Made by a program: the position numbers and the translations under genes. A stretch of 64,000 nucleotides of DNA from the human T2T-CHM13v2.0 reference genome, Homo sapiens: the NCBI RefSeq assembly GCF_009914755.1, contig NC_060945.1. One strand, 5' to 3'. Below the pieces are notes generated by a model. The model saw only the letters and a list, made by a program, of their open reading frames with translations, was not told where the DNA came from and ran no database searches. This document shows, in pieces, positions 16,763 through 29,864 of this stretch (position 1 is the stretch's first letter; the number at the start of each line of letters is the position of its first letter).

Positions 16763-16799
16763 GATATAGTGCGGCAAGAGCGGAGCTTGCAGTCACTTT
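16763..16799 (+). promoter_or_regulatory. NCAM2: Core promoter: TATA-like element plus initiator, predicted TSS at 16795
   Basis: GATATAG with TATA at 16765-16768 lies 30 nt before a YYANWYY initiator TCA(+1)CTTT at 16793-16799. Confidence 0.65.
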
Positions 16800-16949
16800 G
16801 CGAGGAGGAGCGCGCGGGCTGCGGGCGGCTGGGGCACCGCGGGAGCGGCGGCGGCGGCTCTAGCAGAGGCGGCCGGGGCAGCGAAAGGTTCTCTCTCCAG
16901 GGCTGGACTTAATAACTTTGAAACTGTCCACCGGTGTCACGTCCTGAAC
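16795..16949 (+). other. NCAM2: NCAM2 exon 1 5'UTR (start approximate)
   Basis: GC-rich, no upstream ATG, contains a G4 motif and (GCG)4; leads to the ATG at 16950. Confidence 0.7.
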
Positions 16950-17004
16950 ATGAGCCTCCTCCTCTCCTTCTACCTGCTGGGGTTGCTTGTCAGTAGCGGG
17001 CAAG
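16950..17004 (+). CDS. NCAM2: NCAM2 exon 1 coding part (signal peptide), 55 nt, phase-1 intron follows
   Basis: Translates MSLLLSFYLLGLLVSSGQ plus 1 nt, matching the NCAM2 N-terminus as I recall it (MSLLLSFYLLGLLVSSGQALLQV...); A at -3; donor AAG/GTAGGA; too short for the ORF track. Confidence 0.95.
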
Positions 17005-20000
17005 GTAGGAGTGTGGCGCTTTATTGCATTTACTTTCCCTCCCCCTTCCACCCGGCCAAGAGAGGCAAAGAGGGAGGCGCAGGAAGAATGAAATGAAAGA
17101 ACTAAAGTTACAGTTATTGCTGTTGTTGTTATTATTATTTTCGTTCTTTCTCCTAGCTGTCCCTAAAATTGTATCTGTTGTGTGGAGACCCTTAAATAAG
17201 AGAAGGGAAAATACAGAATTGGAGAGGGGAATCGGTGAGCAGGATATCCAGGGAAACCGCTTCTTCTTCTTCTTTTTTTTTCCTCTGGGATTATGGCTTT
17301 CTCTTATTTTTATTATCAGAAATTGGATGAGTGTGTTAACAGTGAAATATCTGAGGTTGCGGAAGGAAAGGGCACGATGGTGTTTTACAGAAGCAGCAAA
17401 AACTATCAGTGTTAAACTCATTTGCAAAATATCTGCTGTGTGCAAGACGTTCGATTCTTGGAGACTCTTTTTTTTTTCCACCCCTTTCCCAAAACCCTAA
17501 TTCCTGACTATGAAGTGAATGATGATGGCTTATTTCTGTTGGAAACTAAGAGAGGGGCCGTGGATATTGTGTGTAAGAAAGCAAATGGATAAAACTAGGG
17601 ATGTGTTGCAGTCATTCATTTTGACCCCAACCCCTTATTAATACAGAAAGGTGGAATCATTTTATAACATTACATTGTAATTACACCTGTAGAGGATTTT
17701 TGGGGTTGTGGGAGAACTGGTGGAAGCTTTTATCTCTTAAAAAAAAAAAATGAATAGCCTGGTAGAATAACCTGAGAGGGAATTTGTGGAAGCTATCACT
17801 GTTTGTCTCTAGAGAGATAGATATGAATTTATCTGGCTGTTTAGATAGTAAACACTCACATGAAATATATTTACAATAAATGGAAGCATTTTCAACTGTC
17901 CAGACAAGTTTGGACGTTTAATTAGGGACACAAAATGCTAAAACATGCATTGGTGAAAGTCTTTAAAGGAAAAATAAAATAGCACTAATTTTGAGATATG
18001 TAATGATTGCAAAGAATGTTATGTTGTTAGTGTAGTGTGAAATTGGTTTTTTAAAATAATATAATAAATTACAAGACAAGTTAAAATATCCCCAAGATAT
18101 TCAGTTCTAAGCATTTTTAGCCTCTTCTGTATTGCTCGTTTGGTCCAGCAGGCGGTGGTAGAACTCCATTTTAAGCCCAGAAGTTGGTTTCTGCTCTTCC
18201 ACAGAGTCCTTCTATCATTCTTCAGCAGGGCTTGACATTTTGGATGTGAAGCCTTCCTTTTTCTGCCCTTCTCCTCCCCACAGCTATAGTGTTAGTGGCG
18301 GATGAAACACGATTGGATGCAGATTTAATGTTCAGAAATCAGTATGCAAATGTTGGATATTCCTATAGTTTGTAAAGTGTCTTGATAAGATTCTGCTCAT
18401 TTTCCCTTCCTAACATAGAGTATGAAATATTTCAGTCTTAGCAAAATTGCAGATATGTCCATCTGAAGCTAATACTAGCCCAATTCGTTAATTCAGTGGT
18501 TCTTAAGCAAAGATCAGCATGCACATATGTCCTACAGATATGCTTCTTTAATTTTCAGATAGCTGCTGATTGTGTTTAACTGTTCATTTATAGCATAGAC
18601 AGGTATTTTTGAGCACCAAGAAACAATCCCTGAAAATTGCAGTTAAAATACAACTGCAATTAAATAAGTGTAGGTAGTGTGGGGCAGAATGGGAGCATAA
18701 TAGGAAACAAGTTTATGCAGACTTAGGATTACATTGTGAGTGGTTTGGAGAAGAAAAATGTCTCAGTTGTGGAATCTGAATTTATCATTGCAGAGGCTAA
18801 GTGTGTTGGAATTTGGAGACATAGGAAATTAGAAATGTTTAGATATATAGGTTTAAATAGTACACAGAGACATAAAATTTGGATGTGTACATGTAACATA
18901 GATGTGAAATTGTGATTCAGCTAATTTGTAAGTCAGGATACGAGGTGGTTATGAAGAGGCACTCTGAGACAAGCATCTCTGAAGGGGAGCCCATATTCAC
19001 TGTAATGAAACAGGGTAGAAGGAGACCATCATTGTAAAGATCTCTCTATCTAGTACAATTTCACAATGTGTGGCACTCATAGAGACACAGATATATATCA
19101 GAGAGACGTAGCTTTTGTGAAAGGGAACATATAGTACTTCTATGCCATGTGTCCTGATGAAGTCAGAGATGCTTGGATATTGATATCCTCATCCTGGAGT
19201 CCAATTCCTCTATGCTAGTGTTTTGTTCTCTAATTAAGGATGCAGCAGCAAGTATCAGACACACCACCGGGAGCTGTTTAAAAAAACAGACCTAGTGTAA
19301 CTCATGATTTTGTTTATTCTCTTGTAAAGAGGGCCATGGAAAAGCCACCAGTCAGTGATCCCTGGTCTTGCCTTAGAAATACTAAAATCTCAGCTTGCTG
19401 ATTTATGTGTCCAACAGTATACTTGCAGGGGATTTTATGAAGCATGATTGAAGCTATTGCTTTGGAAAGTGGTGTGCAGTTAGACTGAGGAAAGGCAACA
19501 ATGATGTATTCCCTTTTTAGGAGTCAAAACGTTTTGAACTGAAGCAGTTGAATAGGAGAAAATGACATTAAGTGAGAAACTGACTAACTTAAGTGAATGC
19601 CAATACTATAATTAGCTAACAAGGCCTAATAGTTTACTTGTAACTCTCAATACAACCTTATTGTTGTACAGTAGTAAGACGCTTTTTTTTATTGTAGCAG
19701 AAATACTCCTTTAAAAGCCTCTAATTTCCACTGCAAGATTAATGTATAATGAAGTAAGGTTAGAATGTTATTGTGAAGTCTGAATTTAATTGTCAATGAA
19801 AGAAAATGCTGTAATTCTGTAACTTTTGCAATTATTTTTCCTTTGTGTTCAAAACTTGGTCACAGGCTTTGTAATCATAAATCTCAAGTGATAACTTCAG
19901 TTTCTGATTAACTGCATTTGCTGTTTGGATCTTTGTATATTCAAATTTCCAAACTGTTGTATGTATGGATTGCTTTCGTGAGAGTTTTTACATTTTTGAA

Positions 20001-22214
20001 ACCACTTCCTTCTTCCTTTAAAAATTAAACAAGTATGATTAATAAGCATTTTTCCTGGATGTTCACATATGTAAGATAGAAGCACTGTTATACTAAAACC
20101 TAAAGTAAGAATAATGCTATTCATCTCTCTTGCAATGCAGTTCAAACGTACCACTTAGAACACTTACCTAAGCCAAAATCGTGAGGAAAGGAGGGGTGAA
20201 TTGCCCAGTTGATCAGTTAAAGCAGTCATCTGCTTACAGTTATTCTCTTTGGTGAAGTGCTAGTAAGTCATTGTACATTACAGCAATGTACCTTCTAAAA
20301 ATAGAGCACAGGTGTGTGAGTGTCTACTAGTTTGAAGATTACAGGAGAGATCTCCACAAACTCATCTTCTGTCGGGGCTGTTACATGGCTCCAGCCTCTC
20401 TCGTATGCTTTTTCTATCTGCTGTGCTCTAATTCTTTGATATCAGCCTCTCTGTGCAAAGTTTCTATTAAATCGACTGGGTCTTCTTTTGCACTTGGGGA
20501 AGATGTAATGTAAAGGCTAATGTAAATTAATATCTTTATTGTCAGAGTAACCCAGAGGATTTCCCTCACTACTTCATATCAAAGGAGTTAGGCAGAGTAT
20601 TTTCTCACTTTTAATGCAGAATCGGAGCCCATAGAGCAAGAAGGGAAGTTGGTGGGTCCCGAGAGTGTCAGATGAGTCTTTTCAATGACACAGGGAGCTA
20701 ATTTTCTCCCCGAGGTACTGTCCTACTAGAGAAGCAATTAATGGAACAAAAGAACCTCATTCAGTACCAAAAGTTAGACTTCATATGATTTTGTAAATAG
20801 AATGGCCTTCTTTCAAAAATAGGACTAGTTTGTAATGAAACTGAGAAATGAGCTACAGAGATTGAGGCTAGTAACCAAGCTGAACAGTGTAATTTGTTTT
20901 TGCCTGTCCTCGTGTGGAAGCAGTGCAAATAGTAACAGGATCGACAATCTGAAGACTCTGGAACTGGTCCTCCTGCATTCTCTGTCTTTTAACATTTGGG
21001 AAATCATTGTAACTTATCTCTTTTCAGGGTCATCTCTCACAGCAATGAATTTTTGAGAGCATGAAGAAAAGTGCTCAATAACTATAGAGTGATTCTAAAT
21101 TGCCCTATTTCCCCCCAAAATGAAATTAATCCCTTGAGTGTTGATATGTGCAAAATTAATTTAATAATTTGAATATACTTCTGAAGGGACTATCATTGTT
21201 TTTCAAATTTTGTTGTCCTAAATTTTAAATTTATTGTTCCCTTTATACAATCCCAATTAAACTGAGGATAGGCCTATTTAAAAGATTATAAATTTGTTTT
21301 AATTTTCCAAATTACATGATATGAGAACACTTTAAGATGCAACCAGTGCTTTTATGCTTTTATTAAATGTAAAATTCCTGCACTTTATAGAGCCAAGCTA
21401 TCTCTAATTGTTCAACAAATAAAAGTGCTTCTCTCTGGTGCTCTTTTAAATATTTTAATAACTTTTAACAATTTACAGTTATAATAAGAGTACTAATCAC
21501 AAATAGATATCAACATATTTCCTAGTTTTCTATGTTCACTTGTGCCACTAAGGATCCATCAAACATTACCAGACATTTTAGAAAGCTGTGAAGTAATGAA
21601 ACATCTTGAATTTAAATCAAGATGTTTGAATTTAAATCATTAAGAAAGATAATGGGGAATTTTGAGAATATTTATAAGCATGGCAATCAAAACATTATAG
21701 TTTGAAGAATTTCAGGTCCATTGATCAAATCTTTCTTGGCTCCATTTGATTTATTACAACTCACAGGGATGAAGAAAATTCATTGGATTTGGAGTCAGAA
21801 GACCTAGGCTACTAAGAGTCTCTTAACCTTGAAGAAGCAACTTATGCTCTTAGAACCACTATTTGCTTATTTGAAAATTTGATATTATAAAATCTGGCCA
21901 GTTGACCTTGATGCTCGGCCATGAGGAGCAATTGTAACAATAAATATGTGTAGGCAGGCACCTTACCAAATGTCAACCCTACTATGCTAGGCTTTGTTTA
22001 TATTTTTTAATAATGTGTATACAGATTAATTTGTGGCTTATAAACATTTATTTAGTTTTAAAAAATCATCATAAGCTGCTCTGTGATTAGAAAAAAATAT
22101 CAAGGGGACAGAGATTACTTAAGTTATTGATAAGGGCGACTCATTCATCATTTATTCATTTATCTAACATTTACAGAATACCTGCCCTGTCCCAGACACC
22201 TCATTAGACAGCAT

Positions 22215-22395
22215 TACTAGGAATGGTTGCGTAGATTGTGTGAAGAACAACTCCAGGGGGCGTCACTTATTGTCCTAGTGATGCAACACATATTTATTTT
22301 TACAATTTGCCAGCAGATGGCAGTAAAAGGTTTTGAGGAATGATGCGCTTTTTTTTGTATCATGAATCCTTTCTATGGACCAACATCAGGCTGGT
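22215..22395 (+). mobile_element. MER91A-like hAT MITE carrying two CTCF motifs
   Basis: gttgcgtagattgtgtg..acaactccagggggcgtca...atatttat...caatttgccagcagatggcagtaaa..ttgaggaa follows the recalled MER91 consensus. Confidence 0.75.
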
Positions 22396-24610
22396 GTTAA
22401 ACACCAAGAGGCTTAGGATGGGCACATAATGAAGATAAATGACTTACTAAAGATCAAACAGAAAAGTAAAAAGGTTAGTTACTAGAGCTCCAGTCTCCAA
22501 ACTCTTCAGTTCTCCTAACACCAAACTTGTTCATAGATTTTATTTAAATGAATCTAATATATCTTCAGCTCAAAGTAAAATATATTTAAATTCTGTGCCA
22601 TTTTGTCAGATAATCAAATAACAAGCACTTTTTGAGGCCTTAAAATGAGAATATTATCAGCACCTTCTAACAGTACCGACCACTTGTGCGAAGTGCTTTC
22701 AGTCACCTTATAACTTATGATTACCAATGAGTCAAGAGACAATTAGCTTTGTTTTATGGATGAAGAAATTGAGGTACAGAAGAATGATCCGATTTGCCTA
22801 TATCACTTATTTTTGTAGTTATCTGGAACTGGGAGTAGATTTTCCAACTTCCAGTTGCATACCTATTTTTGATATATTGTTGATTCATTTGTTTAAAAAT
22901 TTGCATGTGTGTGGAAAATTCAATGTTGATAATTACAAAAACAAATAATATAAATTTAAAAAGCCAAATAAGCATGAGGGAGATATATAACTTGTTCAAC
23001 AAAATATTATAAAATGACAAAATATGTCATATAATTAATTAAACACTAAGTAGTCTGAGTCCTTAGCGGTTTAGTGCCTAGAATGAGCTAAAATTGATTG
23101 TGTTTACTAACTGACAGGCTCTCTTATCATAATCCTCTATTAGCTTGTTATTATTACGATTATCGTTCCTTTATCCATGAGGGCCATGAGATACAGGGAG
23201 TTTAAATAACTAAGATTGTACTGCTTGGAAATGAGGGTTTGCATATGGGACATGTCCAAAGCCTAGCCTCTTACCAGGACATCACCTTGCCATTCAGTGA
23301 AACAGAAAGGGCTTCAATATAGTGAGAGTAAATGGAGAAGATTATTAATACAAGGAGAAAAAAAATGAGTGAACAAATTGTAAGAAGGGAGGGGCGCGTT
23401 GAGAGAATAGAAATAATCCAGTTTAATGAATCCAAGGATTCACTAAGCAGTTTGGAAAGGTGAGCCTCTGCACTCAGTTCTGGAAATAGTGGTGGAAGTG
23501 GAAGATAGAGTGACCTGGAGGCCAAGCTGGTTTGACTCTAGTGTAAATCTTTTGGAGCCATTGTTTGGGCAGGAGAGTAACATGGTTAAATTTTGGTTTG
23601 TTTTTAAGTCTGCTGGCCATGGCCATGTGTAGGATGGACCAGAAGGAAAGCAAAAGAAGTGGACGTGGCACATGTGTCTATGGAAGACTTAATAGGATCT
23701 TAGTAACAAATACAAATTGAGAAATTGGTAGGAACGTGCCGCATGAAGTTTTACGTTTATTTAACAGAAAAAAAAGGTTATATCTTAATAGAAATAGGAA
23801 AAATAAATGAAAAAGTGCACCCATTTTCAGTAATTTTTAACTTGTTATTTTTAAAATTATATATCAAGTTGCTGTATTCATGGCACATCTAGATAAAAAT
23901 GTCAATAAATTTGAAAATGGAAACTGTTGATCTTTTTATTGGCCAATTCTTCAGAATAATTTCTTCACTTTTATTTGTCATCTGTCTTTATCTTGTTCTT
24001 CCATCCCCATTTATACTTTAAATGTTGTGTAGTATACTTCTGGAATTTTGGGTAAAATCTCAGAAGTATGTAGGTAAAATTTGTTTTCATTATATATTCT
24101 TCATTTAAGTCAGCTTCTCTGCTTTATTTATAGTTTCTTTTTCTTTTTAACACTGGCACACCAAAACAAAATAAAATCCAGGAGAACGCCCCCCCCAAAA
24201 AAAAAACCCTAAAAACTGACATGAAAAAAGATTTTTGGTATTGAATATATAAAATTTTAACATTTTTCTATTAGTGTCCAAGGGAGGAAAAAAAGAACTA
24301 ATATTTTTGAGCACCTCTTCTATGCCAGAGAGCTGTGTTGAGCATTTTTACTCATTATCTCATTGAATCCTGATTATATCGTATTTTATAGATGACATTC
24401 CTGAGATTAAGAGTGCCTGATTTGCCCAGAGATTTTAAGTTCCTTCTTTAGGCTGACGCTCACATTTATATCAAAGAGCATTAAATACATTTAAGATATG
24501 ATTCGGTCTTTTTTGCTACAGTGTTTGTTTCTTGGATGCATCTTATCTTGTTACACCATTGATAAACCAGGGGATGATGTGTTATAATGCAGAAATTGTG
24601 TTGATCCATG

Positions 24611-24912
24611 GGTTGGGAGTGGTGGCTCACATCTGTAATCCCAGGACTTTGGGAGGCCAAGGCCGGCAGGTTGCTTGAGATCAGAAGTTTGAAACCAGCC
24701 TGGGCAACATGGCAAATCTCCGTCTTTACCAAAAATACAAAAATTAGCTGGGCGTGGTGGTGCATACCTCACTAGTCCCAGCTACTTGGAAGGCTGAGGT
24801 TAGAAAATCACTTGAGTCTGGGAGGCAGAGGCTGCACCAAGCAGAGATAGCATCACTGCACTCCAGCCTGGGTGACAGAGTGAGACCCCATCTCAAAAAA
24901 GAAAATGAAAAA
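24611..24912 (+). mobile_element. AluJ/Sz
   Basis: Diverged Alu dimer; imperfect TSD TGTGT(T/C)GATCCAT. Confidence 0.92.
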
Positions 24913-25689
24913 CATGTGTCGATCCATACATGATTTTCTCCACTCATTAATTTCTTAAGTAAGAGCCAGGCTTCCTCACAATTACAGAGAAAGCCTTAGC
25001 AAGCTATGAAGACATTAAGAAAAATATGAAAAAATCAACTTAAGGCCCTTCCTTTAGTACAAGTATTCATGTACTTAGTGGCTTTAAGAACATCTTGATT
25101 TCTGCTGTAATAGGCATCTCGTGAAGTTGAAAGTGCAGCTGAAGAAGCTGGGAAGTCATTCTGCCTGCTGAAAAATGATGTTTGTTTTTTGTTTACTTTG
25201 TTGTTTTTATTTTTTAAAGGCTACACTGTGGATCATAGTTTGCATTTTAAAGTGAATGCCCTTCAGGTCTTGCATCCTGATAGAGGGTGCAAAAGCTAGG
25301 TGCAAATACCAGCAGAGATTTAACTATGCTAGTATTGTAATTAAGACTTTTATGGTTTTTGCTGGTGCTTGTTTACAGATTTCTGCAGGTTTTGAATGTT
25401 CTGCCTCCTAATCCTGTCTTTTCCCATAAAGTATGATATTTTTTACTGCACAAGTTTTCAGACCCCAGAGATTTTCAGGGATGCAAATATGGTGTGATAT
25501 CAGAAATGCATGTCTTTACTTGTAAAATCAGCCAATGTACTGACTAAAACCTATAGTATAATATGAATAGGTCCCAATGTAAGAAAATAAGCTCACTTGT
25601 AGTTTGTTCTCAATATTAATGAGAGGACTTGGGGACATTTTTTCTATTATTGTAACTTGTTCATTCCCAGCGCTTTTTTTTGGTACCTC

Positions 25690-26317
25690 TGTTACCAGAA
25701 AGGGGTCCCAGTCCAGAACCTGAGAGAGGATTCTTGGATCTTGCACAAGAAAGAATTCAGGGCAAGTCCATAGAGTAAAGTGAAAGCAACTTTATTAGGA
25801 AAGTAAAGGAATAAAAGAATGGCTACTTCATAGGCAGAGCAACCCTGAGGTCTGCTGGTTGCCCATTTTTTGTTCTTCATTATATGCTAAACGAGTGGTG
25901 GATCATTCATGAATTTTCTGGGAAAGGGGTGGGCAATTCCTGAAACTGAAGGTTCCTCTCCTTTTTAGATGATATAAGGTAACTTCCACAAGTTTCCATG
26001 ACATCTGTAAACTATTATGGTGCTGGTGGGAGTGTCTTTTAGCATGTGAATGCGTTGTAACTAAGGTACTATGAGCTGTGAGGATGACCAGAGGTCACTC
26101 TTGTGGCCATCTCGGTTTTGGTAGGTTTTGGCCGGGTTCTCTACTGCAGCCTGTTTTATCAGCAAGGTCTTTATGACCTGTATCTCGTGCCAACCTCCTA
26201 TCTCATCCTGTGACTTAGAATGCCTAATCATCTGGGAATGCAGTCCCGTAGGTCTTGGCCTTATTTTACCCAGATGCTATTCAAGATGGAGTTGCTGTGA
26301 TTCAGACGCCTCTGACG
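25690..26317 (-). mobile_element. MER41B (ERV1) solo LTR
   Basis: Reverse complement runs (t)gtcagaggcgtctgaatc...caactccatcttgaata...gggacccctttctggtaaca; ~630 bp; includes the GAS-containing segment typical of MER41B. Confidence 0.9.
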
Positions 26318-28269
26318 TTTCTAATACTAGGCTTTCTGATTATTTTTATATCCATTCTCTCACTTAATTTTTCTCTGATTATCATTCTCTACTAATCACT
26401 GCCTGAAGAGAGCAGTTGAGTTTCTATGTTCTAGCAGTAACTTTGTAAGTATCATGCATGAGAGAAATGCCAAGAACAGATTATGTGAAGATTAATATAT
26501 ACAGTGAGGTATGTCCCATATACTTTGATCAATGACATTTACGTGCTTTTGATTAAAAAAAATTACTTACTTAGATAAATCACTTATAACTTTCTGATAC
26601 AAGCTGAAATTAAGCACATTTTTAATCTTGTTCGCTCTTTATCATACTATTTAGCATAGAAAAACTGGCTTCATGCTACTTATTCTATAGATTACACACT
26701 AATCTTTACACCAGGTAAAACTTGTGAATCATCAAAGGGTAAGAATTATACTATGGTAATATTTTTGAATGTATATACGATATGTTGTGGGACATATTAA
26801 TTGACAAAACACTTATAGTCCATTTTAATTTATCTAATGAAGCCCCACAGTTATCCTGAAAGGTAGATAGTATTTCTGATTTAGAATAGGATAATAAACT
26901 TCAAAAAGGTGAAATTACTTGCCCAAATAGAATGCTTTAAAAAATGGTAGGGCCAGACTTGATATAAATATTTTACTTTAGATACAGCATATATTCCTGT
27001 TATGTTTCTGGTTTTACTTAAAGGTTTGTTTTACTCACATCCATGAAGCAGTTACCAAAAATTACTTCTTGGTATGAAACATATTTAATATCATTATGTT
27101 CTTCAGAGTTTACTTTTGGACTGGGTTTATAAGATGCCATTAATTTTAATTGGAGATCTACCTTTTGTTTGAAATATTTGGGAGTGTTTGACTTAGAACT
27201 GTTAATACTTTTGCCTTGTATTCATTGAACAATCCTATTCTCTCAGCCTCATTGCTCATTACTATGCACACCAGTTCATTCAACAAATATTCATTAATTT
27301 GTATCAGTCATTGTTAAAGGCTTTGAGGAGCCAATCAAAGATGAGATAATATACCTGAATTCTGCACTTCAAACTTACGGTACTTTACTGTGACCTTCCA
27401 TGTGAACTCCATGGGAGCAAGAATGCCTTTCCCTGCTAGTGTCCCATTAAATGCAATGTACTTGAATAGAGAGAATAGAGAGTTTGCTGTAAATTCATAT
27501 GTGTATTCCTAGAACATGGTAGAAGCCCGGCAAATATGTGCTGAATGCATATTTAAATATTACCCGGCAGAAGCCAAATTGACTGATTTTAAAAAGCATA
27601 TTTACTTTTGCCTTTGTATAATGATTTGTTTTGTTGAAAATACATGATATGTTGGCCTGTGTGTTTATTTCACACATTTTGTTTACATCACTGACATGCA
27701 TATAGGAGATCTTCCATAAATATATGAACGTCTATAAAATAATAAAGTCACAGTTATTATCTAATTCAGGAGGAATAACAAGGATGAATCACCTTATCCC
27801 TGGTCTTATGTCCTCACTGAAAATTAATTAGGCTTGGAATAGAGAAAACTGAAATCGTTCTGTAAGATTTGTTCTTTTGAAGCCTTATCTGAGGCATAGG
27901 AGATGGTTATATAGTTGGGGTCTCAAAACTGTTCAATATATATATTGAAATATATAAATAAATGAGGGGGATATAATATCTTGATAAAGGTATAATTAAC
28001 TAGATTAGATATGGTCAATAGTAAATGTCTGCTGTGTCGATAAAGCAAGTATTTAATGTCCTCAAAATCAAGATAATCCCCCATAGTTAATTAAAAGTTG
28101 ATTATTCATTCTATTGTTATTGGAAACCAATTCTGAACTGTATGTATGGTAAGAGAAGTGAGAAAATACTTGTTTTATCTTAGTTTTTAAGAGATACTTT
28201 AATGTTTTCTCTGTTTTAAAAAGATGAAATTTCATTTAACCTCAAAAATCCTCCTTTGGCCTCTGATAG

Positions 28270-28270
<1 letters not shown>

Positions 28271-28320
<50 letters not shown>
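28271..28320. repeat. (TG)25 perfect microsatellite
   Basis: Read directly from sequence. Confidence 0.98.
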
Positions 28321-28324
<4 letters not shown>

Positions 28325-29864
28325 AATGATTTTTGTGGTGTTCTCTAGGTCCAACTTCAGTGATAAAAGCATTTAAGTTTATTGGATGGAGTACATTTTT
28401 GGATACCCCAGAAAATCTTTATCACCTATTTATCTGTGTGCCTGCCATTTATCTATTAATGTTACCATTATTATATATGATGCTTTTAACTGGAAACACA
28501 GTTTGCAATTAAAGAAATTACTAGTGCTTCTGATTTATCTATTTTTACTTTTATCTCCCTCCTAAAGTTTACATATAATCACTTTAATTGGTAATCTAGA
28601 TGAGTTATTTTATTTCAAAGCCCCCTCATACACGCTATGTTAATGCATTTTACCTCTGTGTGGATTGCAGGTGGTTTGCAATTTAAGAACAAAACTTAAC
28701 CTAGGTTGTTCAATGGCTTATGAAGGCCTATGTGCTTTATAAAAACCTTCACCACCACATCCAAAATGGATATGAAATGTTCAACTTTACTGTGCTCGTG
28801 TTATTAAAATAACACTTCTTAGTACACAATTAAGAGCTATTATGCAATACCCTAAGTTGTTAATGTATTTTTGCTTTCAAGTCCCTGTATCATTTTTATT
28901 TTAATGAAACATTTTATGAAAAATAGCCTCCTTCCTACACTGTGCATTAATACAGCGATTGTTTGATGAACAGTGACTTCTTTAATCAGGAAATACCTCT
29001 TTCTTACTAGGAAAATCAAAGGATTAAACTATTGACTATGGGAGGAAAGAGGACTTTGTGATTAGTCAAGTTTCACTTGAGCTTTCCTGCTCAGCTGCCT
29101 CTCACTCCCATGCCTTTTACCTCATTTTAAAGTCTCTAAGTCTCAGGTGATGGACATGGATGTGGATGTGTGATGGAAGAAGATAAATCTTTATAAGTGT
29201 AAAGTGTCATTACTAATTAGAACTCCGAAACACATTCTAACCTCCCAGTAGAAACGCATGCAGGGAGCTGAGGTTGAATGATAAAGGGAAGTGAATACTC
29301 AAAGACTAATCACTGTTTTGTTTCAGGGAGGATAATTCATCACCTAAAGGGGAATGGGAATGTGGGTGGTTGTGTTAGAAGGGCGAAGAGCTTGGATAAA
29401 ATCTAATATAGTTTCATGCATACAGGGGAGAAAAAGATACCCAGAATGTATAGAATGATTATAGGCAGCCTTGTTTCCTTAATGATCAGTGTGTAGTTTT
29501 AAGTATTTGATGAATTAATTGAATGAAAGAAGGAAACCTGCCATTTACTCTGCAGGGTTTTTTTTTTCTTTTTTTCCATAGGGATTACATCATTTTTAAA
29601 TTCAAAGCATGTAGGACATCTGAACTATTATTTTAGAGATGAGGGAACTGATTTTCATAAAAGATATGTAGCATCTAATAAGGGAAGGATCTGATATTCA
29701 AATTCAGGAATATCTGATTCTAAAATGATGCTCATTTCACTGATGGAAACATAGTCCCTTGAAGAAACGAGGAGTTGCAGAAGGAAAAAGACAAGCACTA
29801 GGAGTAGTTCTAGCTTCAGGTTTTTATCATTTTTTTCTGGCCAATTCTCCCCCCGCCTCCCACC

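Larger units (their letters stand above)
15650..16900. promoter_or_regulatory. NCAM2: CpG island / NCAM2 promoter
   Basis: Abrupt GC- and CpG-rich block ending at the first coding exon; GC boxes; two overlapping perfect EGR-type CGCCCCCGC sites at 16666-16674 and 16672-16680. Confidence 0.93.

Noticed and set aside
16388-16777. Antisense poly-alanine ORF (129 aa) and other CpG-island ORFs
   Set aside because: Starts at TTG, not ATG; openness is explained by GC richness and CNG repeats
17024-17500. Overlapping 158-aa (+) and 163-aa (-) ORFs just after the exon 1 donor
   Set aside because: The plus-strand ORF starts at TTG and is not in the exon 1 frame, which stops shortly into the intron; hydrophobic runs come from simple repeats
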